Below, piece by piece: positions 62,145 through 64,000 of a stretch of DNA of 64,000 bases (position 1 is its first letter; each line of letters starts with the position of its first letter). The stretch spans positions 24,579,587 through 24,643,586 of the forward strand of contig NC_068987.1 in NCBI RefSeq assembly GCF_001194135.2, in the 5' to 3' direction. A program made the position numbers and the translations under genes. A model generated the notes under the pieces. It searched no databases, was not told where the DNA came from, and saw nothing but the letters and a program-made list of their open reading frames with translations. Source of the stretch: Octopus bimaculoides. Its lineage: Eukaryota.

Positions 62145-62273
62145 CACATACACATAAACATGTGAAGGTGAATGTGTGTTAAGGTATATGTTTGTGTGTA
62201 TAAAGGAAAATATGTGTGTGTGCGTTAAAAGCATATGTATATGTGTGTGCATAAAAGAATACTTGAATCTTAC

Positions 62274-62792
62274 TGTTGCTAGTGATATTCCTTTCAAAAT
62301 TAGTAATACGGGTATTACGACAGCTACGGAGGAATAAACTAAGAGATAAAACCAATCATTGTTGGTATATTCAGATGTCGCATTGAGTATAGAATTCCGG
62401 GACATGTCTCCTATATCCAAGATGTTCGAATCTGTTGTATTGGTGACTAAATTCTTGTATATGTTTCGCGTAGTTAAGATCAAATCTGTCATACTGGTAT
62501 CTGAATTGTTATACGTATCTGTTGTATATGAATTCTGGTACATTTGTGTTGTGTTCGTGACAATCAAATTCGTTGTATTGGTAATTGCATTGTATATTGA
62601 TGTTACTGTATTGAATATCGCAGTCGTTGCATTGTCATTAGAAGCCGAAGATTCATCAATTATTGGCATCGAATTGCTTGTGCCCATGTATAGTGTAGAT
62701 AATGTTGAATCGTTTGAATTGAGATAAAAATGAGTAGTTTTTGAACGACCAGTAATATTCTCCAAACTTCTCTCTTTCATTTCAGTAACATT
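62274..62792 (-). CDS. ABCC5: ABCC5-like transporter exon (519 bp): long T/N/S-rich loop followed by a TMD2 helix
   Basis: attgcag|AATGTT...GCAACA|gtaaga, phase 0 to 0. Encodes NVTEMKERSLENIT...NDWFYLLVYSSVAVVIPVLLILKGISLAT and joins the next exon in frame. Confidence 0.85.
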
Positions 62793-62989
62793 CTGCAATA
62801 AAGATAGGGAAATATATTACATATATCAAGAAAAAAGTCTTAGCTAAAATGGATAAATATATATTAAAGAACTACCTTTGAAAGTTACAGAGTATTGTGG
62901 AATCGATAAAAGCGACGGACAAATTACTCTGCGAAATTTAATAAGACCATTAAAAAAAATACGATTATCGCTTTAATAAAATACCAGCT

Positions 62990-63194
62990 GTGAAGGCGCG
63001 GAATCGGTGGTTAGGGTGTTGAACTCAGGATCATTAGCTTGTGGATTCTATTCTCAGACCGGTCGGTGCGTTGTGTCATTGAGCAAGGTATTTAGTTTCA
63101 CGTTGTACTCGTACACTCAGCTGAAAATGAGTACCGGGGGCACCTAGGCACCTAGAGGTTAACTCCAGTGACAGATTGTCAGCTGTCCCGTTTA

Positions 63195-63200
<6 letters not shown>
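62990..63200 (+). mobile_element. tRNA-derived SINE with a CORE-like central segment
   Basis: Degenerate tRNA head followed by GTTGTGTCATTGAGCAAGGTATTTAGTTTCACGTTG...CACTCAGCTGAAAATGAGTAC, ending in (TG)n. Confidence 0.6.
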
Positions 63201-63243
<43 letters not shown>

Positions 63244-64000
63244 GTACTAGCAACCTAAAACGAATTGAATCCAGATATTACGTCCTTCAGCAAAACACTT
63301 TATTTCATGTTGCTTCATTCTACTAAGCCGTAATGAGTACAAGCTAGATGCTGGTACAGCTGTCACATCCTGGATATTCCGCTTGNNNNNNNNNNNNNNN
63401 NNNNNNNNNNNNNNNNNNNNNNNNNNNNNNNNNNNNNNNNNNNNNNNNNNNNNNNNNNNNNNNNNNNNNNNNNNNNNNNNNNNNNNNNNNNNNNNNNNNN
63501 NNNNNNNNNNNNNNNNNNNNNNNNNNNNNNNNNNNNNNNNNNNNNNNNNNNNNNNNNNNNNNNNNNNNNNNNNNNNNNNNNNNNNNNNNNNNNNNNNNNN
63601 NNNNNNNNNNNNNNNNNNNNNNNNNNNNNNNNNNNNNNNNNNNNNNNNNNNNNNNNNNNNNNNNNNNNNNNNNNNNNNNNNNNNNNNNNNNNNNNNNNNN
63701 NNNNNNNNNNNNNNNNNNNNNNNNNNNNNNNNNNNNNNNNNNNNNNNNNNNNNNNNNNNNNNNNNNNNNNNNNNNNNNNNNNNNNNNNNNNNNNNNNNNN
63801 NNNNNNGGAACGCTTGCTCTTCCACTTTCTGAGGAGAGGACGCGTTCTGCTGGTCAAACGGTTCATATATATATATATGTGTGTGTGTGTATTCGTACAC
63901 ATGTATGTATGTATGTATGTATGTATGTATGTATGTATGTATGTATGTATGTATGTATGTATGGAACGCTTGCTCTTCCACTTTCTGAGGAGAGGACGCG

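Noticed and set aside
62359-62727. Plus-strand 122-aa ORF
   Set aside because: It is the antisense shadow of the ABCC T/N-rich exon.
63807-64000. 38-bp sequence repeated 156 bp apart around (TATG)n at the window end
   Set aside because: It abuts a gap and the window edge, so a tandem array cannot be told apart from an assembly overlap artefact.

Overview
AT-rich, microsatellite-dense animal genomic DNA with many N gaps. The repeat content, (CAT)n-tailed RTE LINEs and tRNA-derived SINEs, suggests an octopus or other coleoid draft scaffold; this is an inference. Two intron-rich genes lie tail to tail. (1) On the + strand, six exons of a GH27 lysosomal alpha-N-acetylgalactosaminidase (NAGA type) run from 10954 to 25633. 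All junctions are GT-AG and in phase, and the first coding exon is not in the visible sequence. (2) On the - strand, the last 11 exons of an ABCC/MRP transporter most like ABCC5 run from 62792 to 38224, covering TMD2 and a complete NBD2 (668 aa). Its first visible exon encodes an unusually long Thr/Asn/Ser-rich loop with 9 N-glycosylation sequons. The rest is transposon debris: RTE, Tx1-like and R4/Dong-like LINEs, several SINE families, a dead piggyBac, an IR/DR-type Tc1, mariner fragments and many fold-back MITEs. I see no clearly new multi-gene system. The best leads are the mucin-like ABCC loop, a Dong-like insertion in a SINE (ATT)n tail that abuts a NAGA splice acceptor, a 250-bp templated insertion between two NAGA introns, a PHD finger inside RTE ORF2, a variable stem-loop array in the RTE 3'UTR and a decayed 23-aa STPR-like repeat ORF. 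All alignments and translations were done by eye, and repeat boundaries are approximate unless a TSD or TIR is quoted.
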